A stretch of 64,000 nt of DNA from a phage. The position numbers were made by a program, and so were the translations under genes. Shown here in pieces: positions 63,971 to 64,000 of this stretch. Every line of letters starts with the position of its first letter. Within the stretch, counting starts at the first letter, position 1. The notes below the pieces were generated by a model that worked only from the letters and a program-made list of their open reading frames with translations, ran no database searches and was not told the origin of the DNA. The stretch is taken from sequence record PV467749.1. One strand, written 5' to 3'.

Positions 63971-64000
63971 TTTAATTTTATTACCCTTTTGAGTGTATTA

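Overview
The window reads as an AT-rich segment of a large virulent T4-like dsDNA phage (by-eye resemblance of three proteins to T4 gp30 DNA ligase, PseT polynucleotide kinase and RnlA RNA ligase 1). Essentially every credible gene is on the minus strand, tightly packed with frequent stop/start overlaps (ATGA, TAATG). The left part (0.4-31 kb) carries recognisable early/auxiliary functions: PIN-PhoH ATPase, Nudix-like and Sir2-like proteins in one operon, an HslV-like peptidase, a secreted ClpP-like protein, dCMP deaminase, ClpP, two metallophosphatases, DNA ligase, Pnk, Rnl1, a T5orf172 protein with three Cys-rich modules, a NadD/NMNAT-like nucleotidyltransferase and a Dam-like N6-adenine methyltransferase. 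It also contains several sigma70-like promoters sharing an extended -10 TGATATAAT, hairpin/T-run terminators and a ~620-bp ORF-free GC-enriched island. The right part (35.3-63.1 kb) is the most striking feature: a tandem array of about 50 paralogous small genes (100-210 aa) with variable N-terminal halves and a conserved acidic-aromatic core '[ED][ED]-x-[YFLW]-F-Q-x-[ST]-[LTVI]', interleaved with a second small family ('LGT-x-x-Q...V..Y-I/L..L'); a third tandem family sits at 26.1-28.3 kb. I do not recognise these families, so they are the best candidate for an undescribed system. The palindromic hexamer AGTACT also appears strongly over-represented throughout. All calls are from reading the sequence and the ORF track; no database search was run. 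Track ORF starts include GTG/TTG and are often too far upstream. My hand-derived coordinates agree with the track up to ~45 kb but drift by 1-2 nt in places between 45 and 55 kb.
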